Of a stretch of DNA of 64,000 nt, positions 46,723 to 56,302 are shown piece after piece. Position numbers and translations under genes: made by a program. The notes beneath the pieces are model-generated. The model was not told the DNA's origin and searched no databases. It was given only the letters and a program-made list of their open reading frames with translations. Source of the stretch: a virus. The DNA lies in the IMG/VR virus record IMGVR_UViG_3300012926_000036, positions 2,520 to 66,519 of that record. One strand, 5' to 3'. Within the stretch, counting starts at the first letter, position 1. Each line of letters opens with the position of its first letter.

Positions 46723-47095
46723 CATCAAACCCGTCCCTGTCGCGCCTCGATTTCTGAATCTGGGCGCGGTTTCTTTTTAAGCGCGCGGTCTGGCGTTCAA
46801 TCGATGATAATTGCGATTGATTAAACCATTGCGCCATGAGGCCGGAGAATGGTAACCCAATCAACCAAACTAGGCCGCCAACAGTCGCCGAGGCTACCAG
46901 CATAGGGATCTGCGGCGACTGCAAATACACAAGCTGCGGCAACCAATTGTACACCTGCGCGGCTACGCCGAATAGGATGTACGCCAGAAAAGGAACGTTG
47001 TTAAGCGCAGCGAAATAGCAGCCAATCGCAACCAGGATCGCCGCGATTGTGATTAGCGAAATGGATTCTTGGATCGGAGTTTGTTGCTCATTCAC
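46715..47095 (-). CDS. Membrane protein of the conjugation cluster
   Basis: About three TM segments and a basic C-terminus; downstream of virD4. Confidence 0.55.
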   Translation of the reverse strand: MNEQQTPIQESISLITIAAILVAIGCYFAALNNVPFLAYILFGVAAQVYNWLPQLVYLQSPQIPMLVASATVGGLVWLIGLPFSGLMAQWFNQSQLSSIERQTARLKRNRAQIQKSRRDRDGFDVS

Positions 47096-47255
47096 TTCGC
47101 TTTATCTCCGTTAATTTTTCCTCAAGCAATCTCATTACCGATTCCCTTGACCTTAGGAATTGGCGCGCCAGGATAGCAAGATCGTCGTCAGGATCGGCAA
47201 AGTTTCGATCTAGAACTTTGTTGGCAATGATTATCGCCTCTTCTAGTTCCGTCAT
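47088..47255 (-). CDS. Small hypothetical protein, 55 aa
   Basis: Manual translation MTELEEAIIIANKVLDR...; ATGA overlap with the virD4 stop. Confidence 0.5.
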   Translation of the reverse strand: MTELEEAIIIANKVLDRNFADPDDDLAILARQFLRSRESVMRLLEEKLTEIKRSE

Positions 47256-48667
47256 TGCCTAAACCTCCGAACACACCATCTTTGGTCACGGTTCCAGAGC
47301 CGGCCACTCTGAAACAGGATTCCTTCAACGACGTTGCCGTTCCGCGGCCCACCATTTTTCAGCCCTACAAACTGTTTAGGTGGACATGAATCCTCTTCCA
47401 CTTCAGAAACCGAAGCCTGGCTGTTAAACCCCCCGGTTGATTGCACGCTCCCACTCGTTGATAGAGAATGTTTGTACCCAGTTTCTTTAGCAATGACCCG
47501 GCTCGCCCACTCATTCGTGGCAGGGTCACTGTTACGGTGAAATATTTTTGTGGCGTGATTGCCAAGCAAAGTTTCAACCTTATTTTTACCGTCTCGTCCA
47601 TAAGCGTCTAAAAAGTTCGGCAAATTCTGGGTCAGCCGCACAACTGCACACCCTTTTTTCCGGGCCGTAGTAGCCTGGAATACTGCGTCCTGATCGATTG
47701 TGAAATAGTGCGCTTCATCTTGCCATAAAAATACTGGACGGCCGTTAGGCGCCACGTATGACCTGCGATCAACGGCCCGCTGAAACATCTGTGACCAGAT
47801 TAGTGCCGCAAACTGGCCAACCTCGCGATACCGTGCAACCGGAATATCGATCACAATAACTTTACCGTCGATGATGTCTTGTGGTGTCAGGTTTGTGCCG
47901 GTCCCGAACAGTGCGCCGATCTTGCCACGCGTTAGCGGGTCGAACATCCCGGTAAAATCCGCGTCGATTGTTTCCCGGGTTTTAGCCGGCATATTGGGCC
48001 GTTCAAGTAACCAATAATTGGTTATCAGCTTCCATTCCGGGTGACTCCCGGCTTTTTTATTCCCTTGCTCAAGTAGCCCAAACAGGAAACTTTTATCCCG
48101 CCAATCGTTAGACTCGGCTTGGTGCGCGTCACGTGGAGCGGATACGATCATCTCGTATAACGTACGTAGCCGGACCGGTTCACCGGTCAAAAGAAGGAGC
48201 GTAATCGCGTTCCTGAGCAGCTTCTTTTTTTGCGGCAACCAGAAATGCGCCTCAGCACCACTCGCCTCCGTCCGTTTCTGGATCGACGCGATATCGACCA
48301 GGAGCGTGACTAAATTCTCGGCAAAATCGATACCGCTTGTACGCGATTCGTAATCGAGAAAGTTGAACGTGAACCCGTTATCAACACTAAAAAACCGACC
48401 ATCCTGTTCACGGCCCACGCGGTTAAGGTACCCGCGCCACAGGTTAGCCTCATCGATATCCGAGCACATAACCAGCCCGCCAAACCCGTTCTCAAGATAC
48501 TTGAGCGCTAAATGCTTACCGGACCCGGACGTTTTACCGGACCCGAGCTCGCCGAAGATCGCTACGCCTTGCACCGCATCACCCAACGTCCAGATATCTT
48601 CTCGGCGTTCACTGAATCGCACTAACCTAAGATCGAGCGGCCATTGACCGGTTAAATGTGTTTCCAC
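47252..48667 (-). CDS. virD4: Type IV coupling protein (VirD4/TraD-like), lacking TM anchors
   Basis: IFGELGSGKTS, FNFL, PVFLWQDEAH, ARKKG..VV.LTQN, LLGN..TKIF. Confidence 0.85.
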   Translation of the reverse strand: METHLTGQWPLDLRLVRFSERREDIWTLGDAVQGVAIFGELGSGKTSGSGKHLALKYLENGFGGLVMCSDIDEANLWRGYLNRVGREQDGRFFSVDNGFTFNFLDYESRTSGIDFAENLVTLLVDIASIQKRTEASGAEAHFWLPQKKKLLRNAITLLLLTGEPVRLRTLYEMIVSAPRDAHQAESNDWRDKSFLFGLLEQGNKKAGSHPEWKLITNYWLLERPNMPAKTRETIDADFTGMFDPLTRGKIGALFGTGTNLTPQDIIDGKVIVIDIPVARYREVGQFAALIWSQMFQRAVDRRSYVAPNGRPVFLWQDEAHYFTIDQDAVFQATTARKKGCAVVRLTQNLPNFLDAYGRDGKNKVETLLGNHATKIFHRNSDPATNEWASRVIAKETGYKHSLSTSGSVQSTGGFNSQASVSEVEEDSCPPKQFVGLKNGGPRNGNVVEGILFQSGRLWNRDQRWCVRRFRQ

Positions 48668-48903
48668 GTTTTTCGATGTTTGATCAAAAAAATCGCTGTA
48701 GGCGTCACCCCGTTTTCGCGCGCAATCTGTTTCGCAGGTTTTCCTAGCGCTAAATCAGCTCTGATTTTCAGGATCTCGTTATTTTTAAAGCACGCGCGTG
48801 GATTACAAAAGCCTAGCTTCGCTTCGCGCATCCTAGCCCTAGAATCTTCAGTTAAGACCATACTTATTTCAGAAAACATGCGTTCGTTCGCGGGTCGTGA
48901 CAT
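48652..48903 (-). CDS. Small HTH protein resembling the C-terminal DNA-binding part of phage homing endonucleases
   Basis: KIR....G.....IA...GVT...I..IK..KTWKHI. Confidence 0.5.
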   Translation of the reverse strand: MSRPANERMFSEISMVLTEDSRARMREAKLGFCNPRACFKNNEILKIRADLALGKPAKQIARENGVTPTAIFLIKHRKTWKHI

Positions 48904-49772
48904 ATCGTGCCATTAATCAGTTTTCCACCGTTTAAAAGCATCCCAAAGGCGACCACATCCCCTACAATTCGCATCGCTGCCGATTGCATCCACGCTGCGC
49001 CGAACTGATCTGAGTACCCTTCGTGTTGCACGTATTCGACAACGCTTTGATCCGCCGTAACTACGTGCCCTTGCGCGTTGATGATCTCTAAGCATTTATT
49101 TACGTGCAAGATTCCGACCTCTTTCAGCGTCTCGAACCCGAGCTTGTTAAACACGGCGTGAAGATCGAACCGTCTAAAAGTTTCCGGCCGCATCTCAGTT
49201 GTACCGGCCTGAATCGTGCGCCGCTTTACGGTTTCGCGGTCGGTTGACCGGCTTTCAATCAGCATCCGGGAACCGATATTCGTCGTGGCTACGACAACGT
49301 AATTGCGTAAATCGATTGTCTGCCCTGTAGCCAGTGTGAACCGGCCTGCTGAAAGAATCTGTAAAAACACGTCGATAATTAACGGGTGCGCTTTCTCGAT
49401 CTCGTCAAAAAGCAGCGTACCCGAACCTCCGGAATGATCGTAATAAACGCCCAAGAGCCCTTGGTCATTCGTGTTCTGGCCGCGCAATATACCGATCGAA
49501 TCAACGGTCATGTACTCGCTCATATCGAGCCGAATAAGCTTATCTGACGACCCAAAAAGATGCTCCGTAAAGAGTAAGCACGTCTCGGTCTTACCGACCC
49601 CGGTAGGCCCGAGAAACAACATCGACGCTACCGGCCGGCCAGGGAACCGCATCCCGAAAAACGAACGTTGCAACAAAGAAACGACCTCGGCAATCACCTC
49701 AGATTGGCCAAGGATATTCGCGTTTAGAAAATTACTGAGTGTCGTTAACCGCGTTAGGGAATCCGGTATCAT
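48864..49772 (-). CDS. Stand-alone ClpB/ClpA D2-type AAA+ ATPase
   Basis: ILGQ, RPVASMLFLGPTGVGKTE, LIRLDMSEY, LLFDEIEKAHP, TTNIGS, RPE...RFD. Confidence 0.88.
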   Translation of the reverse strand: MIPDSLTRLTTLSNFLNANILGQSEVIAEVVSLLQRSFFGMRFPGRPVASMLFLGPTGVGKTETCLLFTEHLFGSSDKLIRLDMSEYMTVDSIGILRGQNTNDQGLLGVYYDHSGGSGTLLFDEIEKAHPLIIDVFLQILSAGRFTLATGQTIDLRNYVVVATTNIGSRMLIESRSTDRETVKRRTIQAGTTEMRPETFRRFDLHAVFNKLGFETLKEVGILHVNKCLEIINAQGHVVTADQSVVEYVQHEGYSDQFGAAWMQSAAMRIVGDVVAFGMLLNGGKLINGTICHDPRTNACFLK

Positions 49773-49945
49773 CGCTCCATTTCATCATGACACGGATTAC
49801 ACATAGCCTGCCTGTCAATCATTTCATGGTCGTCTATGGTGCACAGATCCCGGCCGCACCAGTCGCATGTGTTCGCCTCCGGCAACACGCGATCTAGCTG
49901 CGCAGCCACGATTGCCGCGCGGAATTCGTCTGATAATTCACTCAT
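49769..49945 (-). CDS. Small Zn-finger protein, 58 aa
   Basis: Manual translation ...CDWCGRD...MCNPCH; ATGA overlap with the AAA gene. Confidence 0.5.
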   Translation of the reverse strand: MSELSDEFRAAIVAAQLDRVLPEANTCDWCGRDLCTIDDHEMIDRQAMCNPCHDEMER

Positions 49946-50120
49946 TTATTTCTCTTTCCTCTTGCTGCAATCGCTCAGTCAACTCGCGCACTTTACGTTG
50001 ATAATCCAAAATGACTGTCAGGTTCCAAGCCTGGCGTAGTTGTTCATCCGGAAGATTAATTGGACCCTCGCCTCCGAACGGCTCCGGGATCTCGCCGAGG
50101 TTAATAATCTTGCCTTTCAT
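49938..50120 (-). CDS. Small hypothetical protein
   Basis: ATGA-coupled ORF. Confidence 0.45.
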   Translation of the reverse strand: MKGKIINLGEIPEPFGGEGPINLPDEQLRQAWNLTVILDYQRKVRELTERLQQEEREINE

Positions 50121-50743
50121 TTCAAGCCACGCCCCCATTGCGCTAACGGATCACTTAACGGTGTTGCAGACGGTGCCGGGGTAGCCGTGTGTTGCGGTGC
50201 CGACATTGCCGCGTCGAGTTGCCCTTTTAGCTCCGTGATCTGGTCACTCTGCGCCTGGAGCTCGCCCCGCAGGTTATTGTCGGTCGCAAGCTGCGCATCA
50301 ACCTTACCCCTGGCCGCGTCGAGCTTGTCCTTGGCTTCGTTTGCCGACGCAACCGCGTCATTGATCCGTTGGTCGCGCGGCGGAGGTGAATAGGTCGGTG
50401 GCGTATACACCGTTTTCGGGCCCGTCGGTTTAAGCCGTCCGGCCGGGGGCAACCGCAGATCGAAGCTCTCGCTCGTGACGACCCGGTAGTACCGGTGCGC
50501 TTCAGACATGCCACCGTTACCGTCCGGCATCCGGCCTAGGTCGTACGTGTGAACCATGCCAGGCTCGATCACCTTCGCTGTGAGCTGTTCTGTGCGATCC
50601 TTGGTCCCTTTCGGTGTCTTGCGCACATGATGCACAGTAATTGAGCCGTGTTTACCTTTTTCCCAATACGTTTGCTCTTTTGTGGCGCAGCCGGCCAGTA
50701 GCACGGACAAGCTAATAATGAAAGTGTGGCGGTCGATCCTCAT
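50117..50743 (-). CDS. Conjugation-cluster lipoprotein
   Basis: Start MRIDRHTFIISLSVLLAG-C lipobox; C-terminal coiled coil. The ORF track extends upstream into trbI. Confidence 0.65.
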   Translation of the reverse strand: MRIDRHTFIISLSVLLAGCATKEQTYWEKGKHGSITVHHVRKTPKGTKDRTEQLTAKVIEPGMVHTYDLGRMPDGNGGMSEAHRYYRVVTSESFDLRLPPAGRLKPTGPKTVYTPPTYSPPPRDQRINDAVASANEAKDKLDAARGKVDAQLATDNNLRGELQAQSDQITELKGQLDAAMSAPQHTATPAPSATPLSDPLAQWGRGLK

Positions 50744-51839
50744 TTTTTTGTGGTTCCTGGTTATGCGGAAATAGTTCTTTCTCAAGTTCACGCTCAAGCG
50801 ATTCCTTTGACTGATTTGGTTGCACCTCAGCCTTTTTATCGACTGATACCCGGCGTGATGGCACGATCTCTTCAGTCGGGAAAATGTAGAATTCTTTCGA
50901 AGCGCGCACCTGAACAAACCGGCCATCACCGGTCTCGCCGTTCAAAAGCTGGTCAAGATACTTGGCAAGAACTGGCGTTGTATCCGGTAACCCGATACCA
51001 ACACCGCCGCTGTGCCCAGACTGTAACGCGCCGCTTGCTGCGGCCGTACCTGCCTGCGTAGTTGCCGTTAAAAGCAGCGCAATAAACGCCTTAGCGTTCG
51101 CCCAATGGTCCCTCTCAACGATGTCGCCTTGCAACCCGGCTGACCCGTCCTCGGTCCCGAATTGCTGGTTTATCGGGTCGGCCTCCCGGTCACACGCTAT
51201 TCCGGTAGCTTTCAAATGGCGCCCATCCGAGAACACGAACAGCCAAGTCCCGGCAACCTCGATCCGGTCACGGACCGCACCGGACTCGGCAAACGAGCTG
51301 ACAAGTGTGCCGGCCGGAACGATCAGTTTACCATTCTGGTAAACGTCGCGAATAACCTCACCAACGACCGGGGTGTTGATATGGGAACTCTCGACAGTAT
51401 TGACTAGGGCGCATGGAATAAAGATCGAGGGCGGCAACCAGGACGGTTCACGTTGGCGTTGCGGCTCCGGGGTAGGCGTCGGGGTAGATTGCACCTGGGC
51501 ATAGAACGACACGAGCGTAGGCAACGCCTGGGCGCGCGTGTTAACCGTTCCGGGGATCGGTTGCGCGAACGCTGGCGGCTCCGGGATCGGAGTCGGTAGG
51601 GACTTGGCACCAGGGTTTAATTTACGGTTCGATAAGATCGATTCCTTAGCCGCAACCGAGGCGTCAACATCATCTGACGGCTTAACTTTCCCAAGATCCC
51701 GTTGTACCTGCCGTTTCTCGGCTTCCTTGCGCTGTTTATCCTGGCCATGTTTAATGATGCCGCCAATAAAAATAATTAACCCGACAATAATCAGAATAAC
51801 ACCTTGACCAGTAGTAAAAAATCTTAGAAATCGAATCAT
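50712..51839 (-). CDS. trbI: TrbI/VirB10-like T4SS core protein
   Basis: N-terminal TM, Pro-rich stalk, IPCALVNTVES...PVVGEV.RDVY......VPAGT, DGSAGLQG. Confidence 0.82.
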   Translation of the reverse strand: MIRFLRFFTTGQGVILIIVGLIIFIGGIIKHGQDKQRKEAEKRQVQRDLGKVKPSDDVDASVAAKESILSNRKLNPGAKSLPTPIPEPPAFAQPIPGTVNTRAQALPTLVSFYAQVQSTPTPTPEPQRQREPSWLPPSIFIPCALVNTVESSHINTPVVGEVIRDVYQNGKLIVPAGTLVSSFAESGAVRDRIEVAGTWLFVFSDGRHLKATGIACDREADPINQQFGTEDGSAGLQGDIVERDHWANAKAFIALLLTATTQAGTAAASGALQSGHSGGVGIGLPDTTPVLAKYLDQLLNGETGDGRFVQVRASKEFYIFPTEEIVPSRRVSVDKKAEVQPNQSKESLERELEKELFPHNQEPQKNEDRPPHFHY

Positions 51840-52048
51840 TGCGCCTCTTTCCTTGGTCTGTCAAAACATCCACGACGCCATTGCTCTTCATCTCCATAAA
51901 TTAAATAGCATTCCGGATGAGCAGACTCAGTTCCAGTTATTAAGCCATCTATAAATCCCGTCCACCTGTAGCATGATCCACCTTTGGGAATTTTTTCTCC
52001 ACAGAACGTACATTCAACGTTTGATTTAGTTACGACGATTGCACTCAT
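51836..52048 (-). CDS. Small Zn-finger phage-type protein
   Basis: CTFCGEKIPKG...HPEC. Confidence 0.6.
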   Translation of the reverse strand: MSAIVVTKSNVECTFCGEKIPKGGSCYRWTGFIDGLITGTESAHPECYLIYGDEEQWRRGCFDRPRKEAQ

Positions 52049-53031
52049 TGCGCATCCCTTTTCGGTTTACCGGTCTGCGTTAACGGAATATCGGTTAACG
52101 GTTTACTTGGTATCGTCTTGCCAGGTGATCCGCCATTTTTAAAGCTCCAAATGTTGCCGGTATCGCCAGGAAGCATGATTCGGTACTCGTTACCGAGCGC
52201 TAGGTTTGCGCGCCCACCGTCGATGTCGCCCTGGATCACTACGTCAATTAACGTTTTTGTGCGGGGCGGGATCGGTCGCAAACAATCAAGCAACTTGATT
52301 GGGTGAACTTCGCTCGCTACGAGCACCGTTGCCGCGCGACCATCAAAGCTTAGCGGTTTATCTGTCTCGTTCTCAACCACGCCTTGTAACACGGTGGCAT
52401 CCTCTTTCGAGAACCGGTGAACGGTTGTAACCGTAGTTTTAACGGTACCAGAATCGCTCGTATACTGCGTATCGCGTTTACTGTACCCGTCGTAAAGATT
52501 GCCGTACAACGGCCGCAAGATATTCACGTCACGCGCGCGGCGAAGCAGGCCGATGAGGAGCTCCGGCGCGTACGTAGGCCGAGCTGCAATGACCTGCTCC
52601 GGGGTAACCGCCTCAGCGCGTGGTGCTGCACCATCGATTTTAACGAACGTCACGGCCACGTCAGGCTGCGGCCCGCTAACTAAATCCAAAACGTAAAGCT
52701 TGCCGTCGAGAAGTACAGTCGCTAAGACATGCGCTGTATCGCTCAACGCGTGAAGCACGAGAATATTGCTGCCGTCCGGGTGATCGACTTGTACGGTACC
52801 GTTTTGCGCGCCCTGTCCAGTAACTAACCCGAGACCGAACGTGCCGGATAACGGTCCAGGAAAAAGTAACGTTGTTGTCAGATCTGGGGAAAGCGAAATA
52901 CGAATCGGAATGTCAATTGTAAGAGGTTTAGTGGCGATGGTTTGTGCTGCGCATTTACTCGCAAATAAAAAGCCGAATATAAAGAACGTAACAGCAACCA
53001 AGAATAATAAAAACTTACTAACATCACTCAT
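52045..53031 (-). CDS. TraK/VirB9-like secreted T4SS protein
   Basis: Signal peptide, TTTLLFPGP; position between the VirB8-like and VirB10 genes. Confidence 0.6.
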   Translation of the reverse strand: MSDVSKFLLFLVAVTFFIFGFLFASKCAAQTIATKPLTIDIPIRISLSPDLTTTLLFPGPLSGTFGLGLVTGQGAQNGTVQVDHPDGSNILVLHALSDTAHVLATVLLDGKLYVLDLVSGPQPDVAVTFVKIDGAAPRAEAVTPEQVIAARPTYAPELLIGLLRRARDVNILRPLYGNLYDGYSKRDTQYTSDSGTVKTTVTTVHRFSKEDATVLQGVVENETDKPLSFDGRAATVLVASEVHPIKLLDCLRPIPPRTKTLIDVVIQGDIDGGRANLALGNEYRIMLPGDTGNIWSFKNGGSPGKTIPSKPLTDIPLTQTGKPKRDAQ

Positions 53032-53621
53032 TCAAACCGTTCCTCGTAATTTGTTACCACCATTGGATACCGGCCATTATGCGCCATATCAGCGTTCAAC
53101 GTTAATTTCAAAAATACCGTAACCTTTTTAGCGTCATTAACCACCCGCTGATTAAATGTTCCTGTCCGCAATACCTGACCTTCAACGCTTACAAGTGCTG
53201 TGTTGCTATCAACTGATAACTCACGAATCTGGCCAGTCTCAATCTTTTGATGAATTTGCTGTGACCGAAACACGTCAGAATCTCGGCCCATATCCTTATG
53301 CAATGTTTCAGTTGTCTCTGGATTAAATAACCGCTCAAGCCGTTCTGGGTTATCGAACCCGTCTGGGTTACGGCCAAAGATCGTTTCCGTTGCCATCTTG
53401 GCAAGCTCCGCGTGAATATGCTTAGCCTCTTCGAAATTGCCTAAATTCGACAAATAGAACGTGTTTCTGCTATCCATTGCAGCAAACCGCAGTTGACCCA
53501 TTGCAGTTTTCAAAGTGAAATAATTGCTCACCGGGATCACAATTACGGCTAATACGAATAAGGATTGCCAAAGCCACATAGCCATTAATCGCTTGCGCAA
53601 CATTTGTGTTAACGCGTTCAT
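53028..53621 (-). CDS. VirB8/TraE-like bitopic T4SS protein
   Basis: N-terminal TM, NTF2-like strands ending N.....NGRYPMVVTNY. Confidence 0.6.
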   Translation of the reverse strand: MNALTQMLRKRLMAMWLWQSLFVLAVIVIPVSNYFTLKTAMGQLRFAAMDSRNTFYLSNLGNFEEAKHIHAELAKMATETIFGRNPDGFDNPERLERLFNPETTETLHKDMGRDSDVFRSQQIHQKIETGQIRELSVDSNTALVSVEGQVLRTGTFNQRVVNDAKKVTVFLKLTLNADMAHNGRYPMVVTNYEERFE

Positions 53622-53932
53622 TTGGGCGCCTTTTGCAGTTCGGAGATAACGTTATCTTTTACCGAAATTCCAACGGTCAGCCATTTAACCCTATCCTTCA
53701 ACTGTTCAATCTCGGTTCGAAGATTATTTGCAACTTTATCCGCTGCATCGCGCTCTACCTCAGTTGCCCTGATGATATTACTGAGCCGCTCATTTTGAGC
53801 ATCTGATTTATCAATCCATATCTGGCACAGTTTCCTCGAGTGACCCAATTCCGCGCTTAGCTGCTCAATCTCCGCGTCTTTGTAGGCTAGTTGATCATAG
53901 TACCATCTCGCCGCGTCGATTCTTTCTTTCAT
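53618..53932 (-). CDS. Coiled-coil phage-type hypothetical protein
   Basis: KDAEIEQL / EIEQLK heptads. Confidence 0.55.
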   Translation of the reverse strand: MKERIDAARWYYDQLAYKDAEIEQLSAELGHSRKLCQIWIDKSDAQNERLSNIIRATEVERDAADKVANNLRTEIEQLKDRVKWLTVGISVKDNVISELQKAPK

Positions 53933-53937
53933 TGTGC

Positions 53938-54618
53938 TTATAGTGCCGCCTTTCGCAGTTCAACAATAAGTGTGCCATCAGATAGTCGCCCATAAGCCAG
54001 CGCGTCAGCCAGCGCGTCAACAGCGCGGGTAATGATGGCTTTATAGTAAATTTCATTCTGAGCTAATAGTTCTACATCATCCTTAAGCCCCTTAATCTCC
54101 TTGTCTTTCTCGGCGATTAAATTCTCAAGACGTGTAACATCCTCAATTTTAATGTCGTTCATCATTGTTTCTCCTTTGTGGATTGTGCTCATTTTTGCCG
54201 CCTCTCGCAGTTGGTAAATGAGGTCCTTATCTGGATTATTAGACCATACCAGCGCATCGGCCGCGTAGGCATGGTGCGCCTTGTGAAAAATTTCGTTCTG
54301 GGCTAATAGCTCAATATCCGCTTTCAACCGCTCAATCTCCTTGTCTCTTAGCCTGATAGTTTCCGAATAGGCACGAAGTATTTCAGAATCGCTGACAACA
54401 GGAGTTGCTTCGCTTAAACGCTTAATTTCCTCATCACGTAACCGTAACCCTTGTGCCTGATTTTCCATCATGTTTTCTATACGGGCGCGCAACTGATTAA
54501 TATCACCATGAAGTTTTTCAATTTCTGCTACAGCCCTGTGTAACGCTTCATCCTTCCGCTTAATTTCGTCCATCGCTTCGCTGTACGCTTCGTCTTGAAT
54601 ATTAACCTCTTCGCTCAT
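53938..54618 (-). CDS. Coiled-coil hypothetical protein with an internal duplication
   Basis: DKEIERLKADIELLAQNEIFHKA and DKEIKGLKDDVELLAQNEIYYKA. Confidence 0.55.
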   Translation of the reverse strand: MSEEVNIQDEAYSEAMDEIKRKDEALHRAVAEIEKLHGDINQLRARIENMMENQAQGLRLRDEEIKRLSEATPVVSDSEILRAYSETIRLRDKEIERLKADIELLAQNEIFHKAHHAYAADALVWSNNPDKDLIYQLREAAKMSTIHKGETMMNDIKIEDVTRLENLIAEKDKEIKGLKDDVELLAQNEIYYKAIITRAVDALADALAYGRLSDGTLIVELRKAAL

Positions 54619-54622
54619 ACTT

Positions 54623-54877
54623 TTAATTTCTTCCCCAGTGTTCCCAATGACCCTGTGTACGTTTTGGTCGGCGATGTATTCGATTCCATGTTGCCGTTAA
54701 CCACGCAGCCGGCCCACTTAATAATAATAACACCGAGTTGCCACTCTCGCCGCGCCAACGCGCATCTAGATAAATCCATAAACCCCACAAACACCAAACC
54801 AATAAACCGCACAGTACCGTGACGTCCGGATTAACCGGTACGTGGTAACCTACGTCGATTTGAGGTGCGTGGTTCAT
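54623..54877 (-). CDS. Small membrane protein
   Basis: Two hydrophobic segments with a DARWRG linker. Confidence 0.45.
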   Translation of the reverse strand: MNHAPQIDVGYHVPVNPDVTVLCGLLVWCLWGLWIYLDARWRGESGNSVLLLLSGPAAWLTATWNRIHRRPKRTQGHWEHWGRN

Positions 54878-54928
54878 TTAGACCCTGACTATTCCCTGGG
54901 AAACATTGGTATGCAAATAAAAAGATTC

Positions 54929-56302
54929 TTACGGCGGCGGTTGTGGTCGCCCTGGCCGACGCGCGTAATTTGTGTACGCGCTCATCATTGAATGACTTGC
55001 GGCTGAGATTGGAGCAGCAGCAACACTTGCTGCCGCGCCTGCTGTCGAACGGCCACCACCGGCCGCCATTATAGCTATTGTCCCAACCGTTGCCCCGAAT
55101 ACCGATGCGACTCCGGCACCACCACCACCGATCAGTAACGCTGAGATAATCAACGGTGCAACGAACGAGCTCCCGATCACCCACACGGCCAGTAGCACCC
55201 AGTACCCGAGCATCATTGATGACCCGGAGAACGCGCTTAACGCAAGGTTGTTCGTCGGGTTCACCGCAAACGCGATTAGTGCGCGTGTCAATAAATCGCA
55301 GATCGCCCAACCAAGTGACCAGATACAAATCGCTGCGAGCGAACAAAAGAACCGGGTTGCTATCCCGACTAAACGCGGCACCATAAGTAGCCCGATAAAA
55401 ATCGGCGAAATCGCAATCTCGATTGTGTACAAGATCTGTTGCGCGGCCTGCATTAAATACATGATCCCGAGCGCAATTAAACTCAATAGATGCACAAGCG
55501 GGTACAGCAGCCCGATTGTAAGTGAATCGCCAATCTTCGAGATCCAACCACCGAGCGGCCCGCTATTACCACCTCCACCGCTGCTGCCGTCGAGTGATGC
55601 GAACTCGTTATTGGGATCGAACAGATCAACGCGCCGGTTGCTCTCCGGTGCTGTGTCGTCGTCTCGCACCGTCATGCCCTGGTACGGGAACACGTTCCCG
55701 GTCGATACGCCCGTAACGCCGAACATTGCGTACCGTTCCGATTGCGTCAAAGCAACGGAACGCAATTGAGGTGTTGCAATTAGTTGGTTTTGACGATCAC
55801 CTATCCCATGTGCGCTATTCCAGTCAGGCGTCGTATCCCCGGCATACCCGTAATGCGTTGTTTGCACGTCGCCAGATTGTGCGAACGCTAAACTGGCGTC
55901 GCCCTCGGTCGTCGGCGTCGGTTGCGATTGTTGTTGCTGTTGGGATTGGGATTTAGGCACCGACCCGTCGGAGCCGAATTTGCGCGCTACGGCGTCTCGG
56001 TACGCGGCAAAGATCCCGCCCTCCACGCCGCCTAACCCCATTTGGCCTACAACATCGTTCACCGCATCGGTTAATAAATCGCCCCACGCACCAAGGCTGC
56101 CGATCATGATTACTACGACCACAAGCCGGACCAAGGTCGGCATGATATTACCCGTAGATTTCTCGCGTAACCCTTGAAACGCCAAAAGAAAAATGCCGAG
56201 CATAGCTAGAACGAACGTAACGCCAATAAGAATATTGTGTAGCGTGTGAGCCCCGGATTCGAACCCTGGCATCAACTGTAGAAAATCTACGGCTAAAATC
56301 AA
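54929..56302 (-). CDS. trbL: TrbL/VirB6-like membrane protein with an inserted soluble domain
   Basis: Multiple TMs, ISPIFIGLL.P, W..GWA; Gly/Ala-rich tail; insert ending DDTAP...RVDLFDP. Confidence 0.75.
   Translation of the reverse strand: MILAVDFLQLMPGFESGAHTLHNILIGVTFVLAMLGIFLLAFQGLREKSTGNIMPTLVRLVVVVIMIGSLGAWGDLLTDAVNDVVGQMGLGGVEGGIFAAYRDAVARKFGSDGSVPKSQSQQQQQSQPTPTTEGDASLAFAQSGDVQTTHYGYAGDTTPDWNSAHGIGDRQNQLIATPQLRSVALTQSERYAMFGVTGVSTGNVFPYQGMTVRDDDTAPESNRRVDLFDPNNEFASLDGSSGGGGNSGPLGGWISKIGDSLTIGLLYPLVHLLSLIALGIMYLMQAAQQILYTIEIAISPIFIGLLMVPRLVGIATRFFCSLAAICIWSLGWAICDLLTRALIAFAVNPTNNLALSAFSGSSMMLGYWVLLAVWVIGSSFVAPLIISALLIGGGGAGVASVFGATVGTIAIMAAGGGRSTAGAAASVAAAPISAASHSMMSAYTNYARRPGRPQPPP

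Noticed and set aside
48864-49772. Host clpB gene or type VI secretion ClpV
   Set aside because: Only a single D2-type AAA domain, with no N-domain or D1 and no T6SS genes; it is embedded in the conjugation cluster.
54831-55547. 238-aa alternative-frame ORF overlapping trbL
   Set aside because: No motifs, and composition is consistent with an off-frame read of the trbL TM/Gly-Ala region.
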